DNA of 64,000 nt from Balanoglossus misakiensis (Eukaryota; Animalia; Hemichordata). The position numbers and the translations under genes are program-made. The stretch is taken from contig CM082579.2 of the NCBI GenBank assembly GCA_040954595.2, positions 11,459,625 through 11,523,624 of the forward strand. The letters run 5' to 3'. Under the pieces are notes generated by a model, which did not search any database, was not told the origin of the DNA, and was given only the letters and a program-made list of their open reading frames with translations. Numbering within the stretch: position 1 is the stretch's first letter; each line of letters opens with the position of its first letter. This document shows, piece after piece, positions 12,931 to 26,044 of this stretch.

Positions 12931-13560
12931 AATCTCCTATTGATCTCATATTTTGCTCGCAAATATTCAATGAATGACTGGCTACTGTTTGTATTATTAG
13001 CATAATGCATGCATAGACACAGTGCACTTTCCAAAATAACACAAAAAATTCTAAATTCTAAAAAATACACAATTAATTTACATAGAAAAAACACTGAAAA
13101 TTATGTCAGTAAATAAAACATATATAACTGGTATACCTTGCTCCCTAATATTTGATAAATGATTGGCAACAATTTGAAATTTCTTTAGCATACTGATTTT
13201 AAAATCATAATTAATACAGGCCACATAAACCAATGCTATTCTAACCTTCAAAGCATTATCTATATTGATAAAATTTTACAAATAGGAATATCAAAAGATT
13301 TGGTCTAAACTATTGGGTTTTGAGAGAGAACAAGTAAGTTCAGATTAAATTACGTTCATTACATTTACTTCAAATAACGAAATTGCCATGTTATGGAAAG
13401 TGAAAACTTATCAGTAGAATTAAAATTTAAGGAAATTTGCTGTAATTCTCCAGCAGTTGCTAGTGCCATTCCAGCCTATTTCAGTTATAATGGTAAGTCG
13501 GCACGCCTTTTAATATGTTAATATTGCTATTACACACAAGTCTGGCTGAAATGGCATTCT

Positions 13561-13690
13561 CCTGAAGATCAGTAGACCCATATGAGACGCGACAATGAAA
13601 AAATACGCAATACTGCTCTGCGCTGCCGCCCTGTATAATTCACTTGTTGCAAAATGCGCAATGGATGACAAAAATCTACTGATCTTCAGG
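13561..13690. mobile_element. Small MITE-like element
   Basis: 16-bp perfect inverted repeat cctgaagatcagtaga / tctactgatcttcagg enclosing ~100 bp. Confidence 0.55.
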
Positions 13691-16289
13691 CTGACTTACT
13701 GCATTATTTGATACAGTATCAACAATCTCGCCAAGTGACATCATTGACACTCATTCAAATAATTGAATATTGTTGCTTTAACTTACAAACATAGTAATTA
13801 TTACATAAAATTTGAATGAAGCCAAAATATGGTAAATTATGAGAAATACAGCAGAACATTGAGACTTTCTGGTGTACAGAAACTAAGTCATGTTAACTTG
13901 CTCTCTCTCTTTGGAATTACAATCTATTATGACAAAAATAAATCCTAAAATTCATTTATAATAAAACAGTTATGAACTCTAAAAATGGTAACAACAATCC
14001 TGTGGTTTCTTTTCTTCTAAGCTCATTGAAATTACTATTTTGACCCAAGTGTTAAAATTCATGCATATTGAAACAATTAAAACACCTCAAAGAGCAACAA
14101 CAATCTTGTGGTTTCTTCATGTCTAAGCTGAACTTTTATTTCTTGTCTTGAAATTTGGATATTTTCAGAAAACCTCTAGTGCAACAGCGTTGCAGAGTCT
14201 TTCTCCTCTTTCACCATGGACACAACCTGTCATTGTGGCCACATATTTATCTATAAAACAGGTAAACAGTGACAATGGTTTATTCAATCCCTTTGCCAGT
14301 AATTGGAATCTTTAATCAAAATGGTGTCGCTTGTGGACTAAAGAGTAGGAGGGGGAAAATTAATCAATTTAAAACGGCTAATAGCAAGCCAACATCACAT
14401 GGAATTTTTTTCTCATGATCACTGAATGATGTGAGATGCATAGGACAGATTACAGGTATGTTAAAACTGATCAAAGACCATTGCTGGTCTAAATGACTCT
14501 GGGGTATTGTGAGGCCAAGTGTATGTTTGGAGTAGGGGTGGGTGGTATATGCTTCCATTACATATTCTTCTTCATTCTGCTAACACCATTGACAATCATT
14601 CAGATGGTAGTGGACTTGACATCAAAACCTAGCAAAAGAGAAAAGTTGGATAAGTTACAAGGTAGATTTGCCTCAAGACTAGACCTCAAGTGTTATGTTA
14701 AATACGCTGTCAAAACTCAAAGATTGGTTGAGGTGAAATGTCATGTGACTTCCACCACTTCAACTCACTGCCCCCCCCCCCCCCCCCACATTTGTTCTAG
14801 TAAAAACAATTAGACACTGATAAACATTAAACTTATGGGTACTGCTGGCAGTACTATCAAACATTTCTGGGAAAAAAATTGTCCTGTCACCACGGCTCAA
14901 AGTTAACTTTTTTAAATCAGTAGCTTTATGCCAAGTCAAAAACATATAGTACAGACAGACAAACACACACATAGAGAGATCAACAGGCAAACACTGACTG
15001 ACCCATAATCTGCCAATGTCATGTGTGCTGTACATACACAAAATATAGAACAGTTGGTCTCTTTAAAGGGGAAATCCGGTTCAGCTGATTTCTATATAAT
15101 GTGGTAGCTTTGAGGTCACTCTTTCAGAAAAAAACATTTTCGCCATGTATAAGTCGCACGATTTTTTTTTACAAAAACAAGGGAAAGTTGGCAGAATTTC
15201 CAATATGGCGTTTACTGTAATTTAAATCATGGGAAAAAAAAGCGCCAGGACCAACTTCCGCCCAACTTGGTGTGGGTGATACCATTTTCCAATTGATGTC
15301 ACAGGGCGACAGATTACATGTAGGTGTATTTGCATAGCTATTGTTTGCGTCAGTTGCAAAGTCGAAAATTTGTCATCTGTTGACGGTTTCCATGAAAAGT
15401 ATGGAAATATGCTTTGCCTGTCACGAAGTGACACCAACTGGAAAATGAGTTGAATGTAATTTTTTATGTATTCATACCATGATCACTTAAAAGAAATATC
15501 ATTTTTATCCTTCACAGAGCTTACTTCTACCAAAACCAGCTGCATGAAATTGGTGTGCATTTGGGCGGTCACTATAAATTCCAATTTGTATTTCAAGACT
15601 TGACAAGTTTAAGCGATACCCTTTGGTTTCTTTTGGAAAATTATCTTTCCCAAACACAATTGTGTAAATCTTGTTCTGGTTTAGAAAAAACTGCCACATA
15701 ATCAACATATTAATGCAGTTTCAAAGAACCTTGTTTCTGTGTTGTGTGAATAGTGAACGGCTACAGACACTTTAAGCTGCAATGATTGAAGCAGGTGCTG
15801 CTGGATTGATGATGCTGTGTGACACTGATTTCATCCATCAAATATTTCCATTGCACATGTAATGTAGAGTGGAACCAAGCTGCAATAAGTGTGAACTGCA
15901 TTCAATTTCATATGAATCTTCAATCTAGAAAAGTTGTATCTGGTTTCAGATTGTAACGACTCTGCTGCATGGAGGCTGCTATACCGGTACCTGTCTACCA
16001 GTAGGCCTACACTACCAGAGTACTGTGTTTTTTAATTGTGTTGTACAACCCTGGAAGCGACATGTTATGAACTTAAATCCAAAATTCCAATGCAATCAGT
16101 TAAAATTTGCGTCAAGGACACTGCGGTCCCATTTAGGGATTACACAGAAATAGGTATACACCAGAATAAAACATAACAAGAGACATTGGCAAGCAGATAT
16201 GACAAAACTATATGAAAAAATAGAAATGTAAAAAAATAACTATGCCCAACCAAGTGTCATGGCAATCTTACAAGCAGTCCTAGACCTTT

Positions 16290-17862
16290 TTACCAAAAAC
16301 TGTATGATTTCTTTTTCAAGTTTTCACAGAGAAAGGACACCCACTTCATTCTGCAACCATTTTTTACATCTCCACTTGGTCCTAGCATCACACCCAGTCC
16401 TGACAAACTGACAAGTAGCTGAACCTGAGGCCGATTTGAACCTCTGGAATTTCGATGACGCATCACGACGTAATCCATGACTTAGCTCTGACACTACTTG
16501 TCATTCAATTTCCCTCTATTTTGACTCAACAGCTGTGCTAAGACTAAGAAGGAAATGCGCATTGCAGAATAGAAAGTGAGTGTCCATTTCTGTCCCAAAA
16601 TATTCAGTTTTATATTCAGTTAATAGATTATTAAAGGATTTATTAACACTAGTTCTGTCTCCCATGATAGCAAACATTTTCCAAAGGAGGTTTTAAAAAT
16701 GGTATCGCTCTTAACGTTATCACACTCTGAATATAAATCACTCAATTCATCAATCATAGAGATGACATAATCTAGCAAAGTTGAGCTGTCCTCAACTGCC
16801 ACTGGTGAAAAACCAAGAGACATTGTTTTTTTGTTTTCTAGTGTTATTTGTTTACTACCAATTATCTTTTTGTGATCACGTGAGGTACCATCACTGAGTA
16901 AGTCCCACCGTCTGTTAAAGTCCCTTCCTCTGCCACTTAATATTTCGCCAAAACATGTGCCCTGTCTACACAATTTTGTACTGTAGAAGCACTGGGGAGG
17001 TCCTTGTCATTTAAGTTTTCATCATGCAACCACTTACTCACACATTTGATAACCTTTTTGACATTTCTGGATGATACCTCAAACTCCCCTGCTAATTCCA
17101 TAGAACTCATTTCTAAAGCATCGGTGAATTTATTTGTAGACCTTTCCCTAGTTTGGAAAGTGCAAGCATTATGAGTTTGGCTGTTATGCAACACACCCTG
17201 AAGGTCAAGGACCTCTGCTTTTAAACCCTTCACTTCACTTGACAATAGTTTCATTTTTTCTTTATTTCTGAGATTGACATGCTTATATTTACTAAGTAAA
17301 GTTTGTGATCCATGAGTTTGACGCTTTAAATGTGTTATTTTTGCTGTATCAATGTTAGTGGTGTCTCTTTGTGTTTCGATCTCCTTTTCCTGTCTCTCTA
17401 ACTTCTTCAGCTTTCTTAAGTTTCTTTGGTAGTCCACTGTGCCTTTCACCTGTCTTAGCTAATTTTGCATGTTTCTCACTATTTTCTCCTTTGCAACAAT
17501 TCTTGCTTTTAGAACTGAATGTTTTGTCTCTATGTTTTGGATTACTTTTGTCATCCCTTCAATCCATTTTGAAAGCTTATTCACTTCTTTCTGTTTTTCT
17601 GTGACAAGTTCTGTCAGGGCAGAAATTTGAACTTTAAGTGTTTCAGTGGCACTGTCGTCCGACTTCAAAACACTCCTGTTAGCGGATCTGGAAGGGATAC
17701 ATTTCCTCTTTTTCTTCTTTGATGAGGTGGAAGGAGCAGCCTGACTTCAATCTACATGTATACTGAAAATCTCCTCTTTGAAGCTGGCCCCTGCCTCATC
17801 ATTACGAGACTTGCTGTTATTAAGTTTGCGGAACCTCTGTCGCACTCTATCAATTTCTTTCT
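16290..17862 (-). pseudogene. Decayed DDE transposase (hAT-like, CxxH class) with N-terminal coiled coil
   Basis: Broken frames give LPSASTV, LLSDGTSRDHKK (first Asp), MFAIMGDRTSVNK (second Asp), HFLFCNAHFLL (CxxH, 16555-16566) and LGPSGDVKNGCR; several stops and frameshifts. Confidence 0.72.
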
Positions 17863-17864
17863 TG

Positions 17865-18409
17865 AGATATGCTGAATGATGACATGCTTCACCTCATGGA
17901 GGTTACAAATCTGAATTATACCAAATGGCAGTTTCTTGGACAGCACCATCGCCTCAAACAAGCACACTGATCGAAGAGCTGTAACATCTTTGCTAGATGA
18001 TCGGCTGCAAACCCTCAAGAAAATCCACACATGGTTTCTCAATTGGCGCAGCTCTGCTCACTCAGACAAGGATGTAGAGCCAGGGAAGCATTCAAGGATG
18101 CTGCCATCAAGTCAATGTTTGGATGACCTGGATTCACTCGTCCTAGGGTTCCTTGCTGTCTGGAAACATTTATCAACATATCCTGGCAGTTACGTTAAGC
18201 CAGCACGGTTTAACTCTGATGCTATCGAAAATCACTTCTGCCAAGAAAGAGTGCTGAATAACGGTAACCTGACACATCCAAACTACATGACCTACAGCAC
18301 AGCTGTGAATACTGTTATATTGGGCCAGACTCCAATCTCCAGGGGAAGAAAATTGAATGCTGGTTTGTCCATTGCAAAACCATTCAACTTCTATGTGAAG
18401 AACAAGTGA
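17865..18409 (+). pseudogene. P-element/THAP9-type transposase C-terminal fragment
   Basis: DMLNDDMLHLME...DDRLQTLKKIHTWFLNW...YVKPARFNSDAIENHFCQERVLNNGNLTHPNY resembles the P-type (N/Q)SDxxENxFxxxR..G.NxxP motif; 5' truncated. Confidence 0.75.
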
Positions 18410-18599
18410 CTGCATTATAAGAACAAAGGTGTTCCCATTTTTTGAATAATGACAAATCTTCCCTATGAACATGGAGACAGTGAACGAAACATGCATTCAA
18501 TAATATATATTTGGACGATTCTTTTTTTTCCCAGACTTTATATATTAATTGTGATTACTTCATGACAATCATTACCTTCATTGCCAATGTCATCCGCAC

Positions 18600-19057
18600 T
18601 AATATCTAGTCATAGGCAAGACCCATTCTTTTTTGAATGACCCCTCATTTAAACAGCTACAAACTACTTTGGATGGCATAATGAAAGTCAGAAGTGCAAA
18701 TGGCGTGGGTACTATTAAAAGAGAGGCGCAAGTTTTATCTCTCAAAAACGAAGATGAATTGTGGAATCTTACATTATTAGTGGATGGCGCACCACAAACC
18801 TTTCTGGACACCTAGGTAGTGATGTTGGGTATACATTTTGCACTCCAAGGAGGTCAGAACATAGAAATTTACAACAGGGACAAATTTCAAAAAAGTATTG
18901 TGAAAAGCTGGGTAAATACTATTTCAATACAGAGAGGATGTGTCCAAAACAAATAGTGGGGCTAGTATTCCAGGAAGGTACAACAGCATTTGAAAATAAG
19001 GATGACAAAAACAGATGTATTGTTCGTTTGTATGATCTATACAACAAACTCTGGTGA
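18600..19057 (+). pseudogene. Crypton tyrosine-recombinase (DUF3504, ZMYM/QRICH1-like) fragment
   Basis: FLNDPSFKQLQTTLDGIMK..GVGTIKREAQVLSLKNEDELW..PQTFLDT, GIHFALQGG, EHRNL, YREDVSKTNSG, RCIVRLYDLY across several frameshifts. Confidence 0.8.
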
Positions 19058-19069
19058 GTATTACTTTAA

Positions 19070-19384
19070 AGGGACAAAGTCTCTCTCTCGCTGCCCTTTT
19101 TTCCATTAATTATATTTGATACAAGACACCGTTTATTATTCTACATGTGGATATATAGTGAATGAATGTTCAACCACACACAACTTAAACCATTCCGCTT
19201 GTAGACAGGAGAGAGAAAAAATTCGCCAAATGAATAATCGTTCTTTACCATTTATTCATTTTGGGCGAGTTTTGTGTGGTTGATCATTGATTCAGTATAT
19301 ATCCACATTTACATTAACATAAATGGTGTCTTGTATCAAACATAATTAATGGAAAAGGGGCAGCTGGAGAGAGACTTTGTCCCT
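19070..19384. mobile_element. Foldback MITE with TTAA TSD (Kolobok-type ends)
   Basis: ttaa|agggacaaagtctctctc...gagagagactttgtccct|ttaa; arms complementary over >100 bp. Confidence 0.85.
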
Positions 19385-19544
19385 TTAATTATTGAAAACT
19401 CAAACAGTTTGCTTTTCCTCGACAATACATTGTGACTGACAAATAAAAACCTCAAAAGACGTTTTAAGTGTAATACATGTCCATTTAAAACTGTCCATTT
19501 CAATTATAGTCCCCCATTCGACCTGTGGTTTTGGAGAAAGGACT

Positions 19545-19890
19545 GAATAAGGTTGACATTAAGTACAAGCATACCAATTATTGAATAAATCTGACGGGTG
19601 GATGTTGTTGAGTTTCTAAGTTTTGACCAATTTCACATTTTCCTAGCTAATTTGCATATTTTGGCTATAGCAGTTTCATTTGAACAAACTCCCATCTACA
19701 GCCCAGCCTGCATCTGCACATCAAATATCGAGGTTATACGCACAGCAGTTTTCAAGTTTTTGATTGGGCAGATATACAGACATACAAACATCCATATACA
19801 GCCTACCATTTCTCCAGCTACCATTACTTTACATCCATACATACCCCGGTACATACATACAGACACAACTGATCCCATAAGATCCCACTG
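19545..19890. mobile_element. Interspersed repeat, Helentron/HINE-like family B
   Basis: ttttgaccaatttcacattttcc..ctaatttgcatatt..cctgcatctgcac matches 60260-60375; CATA-type microsatellite tail. Confidence 0.6.
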
Positions 19891-20065
19891 AAATGAAAAA
19901 AAAAATACAGGCTTCCCTAGCTTGTCTTGGTTGAATAAAACTAAGGGTCAGTCTAGTCAGCAATTCATTTAGTCCATGGTCCTTACACTATTTCAGGGTT
20001 ATTTTATGACCACAGAGTTGAAGTGATCAGATGTAATAAATGTTGTTGCTGTTAGAAAAGTTATA

Positions 20066-20685
20066 CCGTAGTTGCCCGGGTAAGAACCCCTGCTCGGACA
20101 AACGCCCCCCCTGGTTTTAGGGCCCATTTGTAGATCGAGGCCATATCCGGTCTAAAGCCCCCCCCCCCCCCCCCCCCCCCCCGGCCGAATATCCATTAAA
20201 TTCTTGGAAATTTAATAAAGTGCAATGCAAAAAAGGCGGATTTTCATCCCCAAAGTCACTAAAAGTGAAAAAAAAATGTATGATGATTTACTTTCGCGCT
20301 GATTATCGTACCCACCGCGGCCGACTGGCCACGCTGAGTTATATATAGCCGCTCAAGAAAACATGACCTCAGACAGGTCCCTCGGGACCGTGCCTCGAAT
20401 TCAACGATCACGTAGATGGACGCGCTGCCGCGTGTGAGGTCACCGGGGAGCTTTCCAAAGCGGCCGCGTGGAGCTGCTTCAGTCCGTCCTCGACGCGAAA
20501 CACCCAACATTGGAAGATCCCGACTTGGACTCGGAGAATGAACCACTCAAAAATTTGCATAAAAGTCGAGGTGGCCATCCCTCATTTGCATAAATCTCGA
20601 GGCCATATCCGGGCTAAAGCCCCCCCCCTGTTTTTTCGCTAATCTGTTGGCCCAGCACCCGGGGCTCTTACCCGGGCAACTACGG
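20066..20685. mobile_element. Tc1/mariner (pogo/Tigger-like) MITE
   Basis: ta|ccgtagttgcccgggtaaga...tcttacccgggcaactacgg|ta; internal direct repeat tcgaggccatatccgg.ctaaagcccc. Confidence 0.88.
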
Positions 20686-21473
20686 TATTACCTGTTGGGC
20701 ATCATTATCTTGTCTGCTATCACTGCTCCATCTAAGTCCTGGATACTGTAATGTATGGTTATCATGAGTTACAGTCCTACAATAAATAAGTGATTATTAA
20801 CATGCATCTCACAGAAAAGTTTCTGGTGGCACAGTGTCCATGGCTGATAGCAATTATCTTAATGCATTGTTACATATATAAATTTGGCTTGAAACTATTA
20901 TGGGTACATTGTTTGGCAATTACTTCTTGGTAATGGATCATTTTGGTTGCTGAACATCTTGTAACAAATCCTTACTACCGAAACTAATCTTCAAATACCT
21001 GAAATATAAAAACAGAAAACAACGTTATGATATATGTTTGTATACAATGTATTATTTCAATTGAATCTGGATACTTACAGAACTTCACACTATCTCCTCC
21101 ATTGTAGATATTTCCAAGGAAACAACATATTTCTGATTTAATTCCAAAGTTTATACTATACCTAGCTTGCAAATAGTTAAAAATCGTGAGAACTCAACAC
21201 ACTGACCCAGTATTCTACTGAACAAATCTCATGCTCGACATCAGAAGATTACTTCCTTAAAACCAAATGAAACTGTAACATGCACAAAGTGTGTACTCCA
21301 TCACCAAAGAAAATAATCCCAGGCCTTCCAAAATAGTGCATCAGAAGTAATCTGGTTTCAGTCAAAACAAATATTCTTTTTACTTGAAATATTCATGAGA
21401 TTGATTCATGAACAACTAGCCTGTTACTAAACCTGCAGATATATCAACTTGACCGAGTGTGGTTGTGCACTAA

Positions 21474-21884
21474 GGCCAGGAAGAAAATAAATTGTTCATC
21501 GGAATCGCCGCTTCTACTTTGGCTGATTTGGAAATTTTTTTTTTGGATCTCGGCAAATATTCTACTTCCGTGTTACAAAATTCTTAGTACTACCGCTGGT
21601 GGCCAGAATATGTTGTACAAACACCAACTGTAAATGTAATGGCCTATGTTATTGTTGGGAAATATAGTATTGAATTCAGTTACAAGTACATGTATCAGTG
21701 TTTTTGTCTGAGATATTTCTGGTAAAAAAGGAAACAATTATCTCGCCCTGTCTGCATCTGTGCAAATATGCCAGAGAACCGCATTTACCTTCAGCCTAAA
21801 AATAAATAAACAAAAATATTCGCTCGCCGCTCCTGGAAGTTGGTCCAAAAAGTCCGATGAACAAGATTTTTTTTCTCTCTGGCC
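21474..21884. mobile_element. PIF/Harbinger-type MITE
   Basis: taa|ggccag...ttgttcatcgga and tccgatgaacaa...ctggcc|taa; 3-bp TAA TSD. Confidence 0.8.
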
Positions 21885-23519
21885 TAATGTACAATTTTTC
21901 AACATATAAATCAAAACTTTTGTTGTTGCATTTTAATTAAAAGTATGCAATTCTATGAGTAATTTATGTTCCTAACCAATGTTGTTGAAACAGTCTGTGT
22001 CTAACTAGCCAAATATATATCAGAATGTAATACTATCAATTTAAAGTATGTTATCTATGGCTGTCATAAAATAGGTAACTGATACTTGCAACAAACCGAT
22101 GACAGTAAAAAATACAACCAAGTTCATGATACCATCAATCTTAACAAAGTTTTTCATGGCCTGTGAAAGCATAGTTTATGATATATAAAATTGTCTATCA
22201 CTTCAGGTGAAGATAAGAATTTTTAATGTATAATTAAATAAATGCATCATTTAAACACTATGATGAACAGTACTGTAATACGTTCTTAATAAAAATGTTC
22301 TACCGTATATGGTGCTTGAAAGTTAAATTAAACAAACTTTAAAAGGTGCATGCAATAGGTCTTGTAATATTTTTCACATATTGTAGTACCATACCATCAG
22401 AGAATCAAATTAATTATCATCATCGATTACTATCTACCTGTTAACAACAAGTCATTTTGAGTGGTCGTATCAAAAATTACATATTGATTCTAGTTTCCTT
22501 GCATGGAATGTAAACTTGAATAGTCAGTCACACAAAAGCCTCTAGGCTATTTTCACCTGGAGAAATATGTGGAGAAATACATTTTGTATTTTTATATCGA
22601 TATAGATTAATGAATAATTCAAACAATTCCTCATGCAAAACAGAAAAGCAAAGGCAATTGCTGCCGAAAAATTCATGAAAAAGTCAGAAGTTTATACTGT
22701 AGTAGCTCAATCGAAAGGTTAACCTTGTTCTACAAATTTATCAGCTGTGTGTGTATGTATGTACATGTTTGTAGAGATGTGTACTTGCATTTGCAAACAT
22801 GTACATACATACACACACAGTAAAATTTTCCTGCAATTTTAAAAAGTGAAATATTGCAATGAAAATTAAAAATGTAACTCATTGGCGTATATTTACTTCC
22901 ATGAGATCCGGTGGATGAGAGTATGCTTTGTTTATGAAGTTTCATGGTGGGAAATGCAACATTTTCATTGAGTTTTGCATTTTCCTACAGTGGCAGCCAT
23001 ATTCCTTTGTCGCAATGCTTTATTATTTATCTGGTTAAAACTTGCATATGCACTATATAATAGGGTTTAAAATCGTTTTATATGCTTCAGTACATACATC
23101 TTTATGGACTCATGTGCCTTTCATACTTATCAACCTCATATACCTTCAATGAAATGCAAACATTTCTATTTTCTAACAGTTATTTTATGCAAGCCACTTA
23201 TGTCAATTGGTATCAACACTGATTTTTATTAATTAGCTAGTGATGAGTTCAATCAGGGACTGTGCTTATTTAATGTTTTACAGAGGAACATATCCCAACT
23301 GTTAATGTAGGAGGCGATTGCACTGTTTTCCAACCTCCTATACACTTTATAAGTACATTTCTATATTATTGCATATGCACTACTGTATTCTAAGTGGTCC
23401 GTGCAATAATAATTCTGGTATTTTTGTAAAAGTAAAAAAAAAGCCGACAGTTGATGTAGTTGTGTCCACGACAAAGTGGCCTTTTTACAACCCATGCAAA
23501 TTAGTCTAGAGCTGGGTTA

Positions 23520-24075
23520 GTGCAGAAACTTGGGGAATTTTCAACATTCTGGGACGTCGTTAAAGCACACTAAGCAAGGAAAAACACATGTTCTTTTGGC
23601 CATGTGCTTATTCTCACATATTTCACATACATCAAAATGCATGTAAATATGTTCAGAGCTATGTTTGCGTTGTTTTACTGAACAAGTCAAAAGGTAGTCT
23701 ATTATGGGGGTCACACAGGGACCACCATCCCAGATCAAATACTGGCAAAAATGATTACATGTGAATGGCTGAAACGTCTCGGATTTGAGATGGAATTGTT
23801 GGCCAGACCTGAGAGGGTGTAAGAATTAACACCTCTCTGCAACCGAGCCTCAGGGCGTATACATGTACTTTGTGTGTGTGAACACATTGCAACTCCAAGG
23901 ATTACTGCTCCGTGAATGTGGTATATTAGGAACACTGCCATCCGACAGTAGTATTTCCATCGCATATCAAGCAAGTATGTGCACAAGACCACCAGGCTAA
24001 ATCCACATCCTAAAAAGGATATTTCAATACCTTAGGTGAGTCTTGAACCCATCCTCACTCATACAAGCCAGGTAC
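23520..24075 (-). mobile_element. Old SINE-like element (B-box head plus Deu/Nin-like central domain)
   Basis: Minus strand has GGTTCAAGAC B-box in a T-arm-like stem, then cctttttaggatgtggatttagcctggtggtcttg and tctggccaacaattccatctcaa, resembling conserved SINE central domains as recalled. Confidence 0.45.
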
Positions 24076-25950
24076 ATCAACATACATATATGTAAATATG
24101 TTCAGAAAAAGTTTCCAATGTTCAACTAAACAAAGTGTAGCTTTGGGGCATGGAGATGTAAGCAAGGAGTGTGCTCGGGAATTAAGCCAATAAACTTGCA
24201 TTGTACGAGGGACCCCACAATTTTCCACAGAAGTCAGCAACTGTACAATTGGCTTACGAGATTGGCTAATCAATAACAAAGACATTTACAAAAAAAACTT
24301 GCTAAATATTGAAAATTTCTGATATCAGAATTTAATAAAAGATGTGTATGCATGTGTAATGAAATTGTATCAAAAATTCAAAAGCAATCAGATAAAAACT
24401 TGGGTTACCCCTAGGAATATTCCTACACAATTTCAAAACAATCAAACAAGCAGTTTCATAGAAAAAAAAATGTGTTCAAAAGTGGCAAAAACACAAATAT
24501 GCATGTATCACAATAATTGTATAATATATCACTTTAATCACCACAAGGAACGTGCCAGTGTTCAAAAAGAAATGTGACAAGCGGTTTAAGGGAAAAAACA
24601 TTTGACAAAAATTGCAAAATATATCACAAATAACACAATTACGCAAATATCAAAAATTTCTTTACAATGTCTTACTTTGGTGACCCCTGGGAGCATGCCT
24701 GCCGAATTGCAAAGTAATATGACATACGGTTTTAAAGAAAAAGATTTTTGACCAAAAATAGCAAAAATTGCCCAAAATTATAAATATGCACATTTTGCAA
24801 CAATCTGAACAATGGTAACTAAGACCACCTTTAGGAAGCTTAAATACTAAATTCAGAAGAAGTCGGCATATAACATATAAACAAAGATTTTTTACCAATA
24901 ATGTGGTAAAAGACAAAAAAAATGCGTAAAGAATAGAAAACTCATAATATTAGCTCATAACATCAGGACTGTATGAGGTTGACATGACGTACATGCATAC
25001 CAACTTTCAAATCAAAATGACCATGGTACATACCAACGGGACCTAAAAATGGTCCCATGGTATATATATAAAACCAATGGGACCTAAAAAAAAACATGTA
25101 CCAGTTTGTATATCAAGCAAGTGCATGCACAAGACCACCAGGCTAAATCCACATCCTAAAAAGGATATTTCAATACCCTAGGTGAGTCTTGAACTCATCC
25201 TCACTCACACAATCTAGGTACATCAACACACAAAATGTAAATATGTCCAGAAAAAAGTTTCAAATGTTCAACTGAGCAAAATGTACTCAGGACATAAAAA
25301 CAACTTGTATTTCAGGTGATTTAAACCAAAGCCGTCAGTACAAATTTACATAGCAAGCAACTCCATGTACAAGACCACCAACAGGCTAAATCTACATCCT
25401 CAATAAAGGATATTTCAATACCAAAAGTGAGTCTTGAACACGTCCTTACTCAAATGTCACAATCTATTAAAGTACATCAAAACACACAACCCCCCCCCCA
25501 AAAAAAAAACAAAAAAAAAACACACCCCTCATGTTAACATGTTCAGAACAATGTTTCCATTGTTCAACTGAAAAAAAGATAGTGAAGGGATAGAGCTGTC
25601 CAACAGTAGTGTTACCAACTCAGGACATAAAAAACCCTTATAATTTGGGGGATCCAATTAAGACCAACTGTACCAGTTTGCATATCAAGCAAGTATGTGC
25701 ACAAGACTACCAGGCTGAATCCACATCCTAAAAAGGATATTTCAATACACTAGGTGAGTCTTGAACCCATCCTCACTCATACAAGCTAGGTATATAAACA
25801 CACAAATATGATCAGAAAAAGTTTCCAATGTTCAACTGAGCAAAATGCAGCTTTGGGGCATGGCGATGTAAGCGAGAAGGAAATAAGCCAATTAACTTGC
25901 ATTGTACTAGGGTCCCCACAATTTTCCACAGAAGTCAGCAACTGTACAAG
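23963..25950 (-). repeat. Four local tandem copies of a ~200-290-bp unit containing the SINE-like head, interrupted by a family B repeat at ~24280-25090
   Basis: caagaccacc..ggctaaatc.acatcct..aaggatatttcaatac..gtgagtcttgaac recurs at ~23984, 25130, 25370 and 25702. Confidence 0.9.
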
Positions 25951-26044
25951 CGACCTGTTTGTGGTGATAAAAATGGAACTCATAATTTACAATTTTTAAT
26001 TTATAATTTACAAAATTCCACAAGAAAAAAAATGAGAAACAGCA

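Noticed and set aside
15063-15200. ttaa|aggggaaatccgg Kolobok-like terminus
   Set aside because: No matching inverted end found, so boundaries cannot be supported.
23305-23345. ATTGCAC (miR-92-like seed) in a small hairpin
   Set aside because: The seed lies in the loop region and there is no complementary 5' arm of pre-miRNA length.
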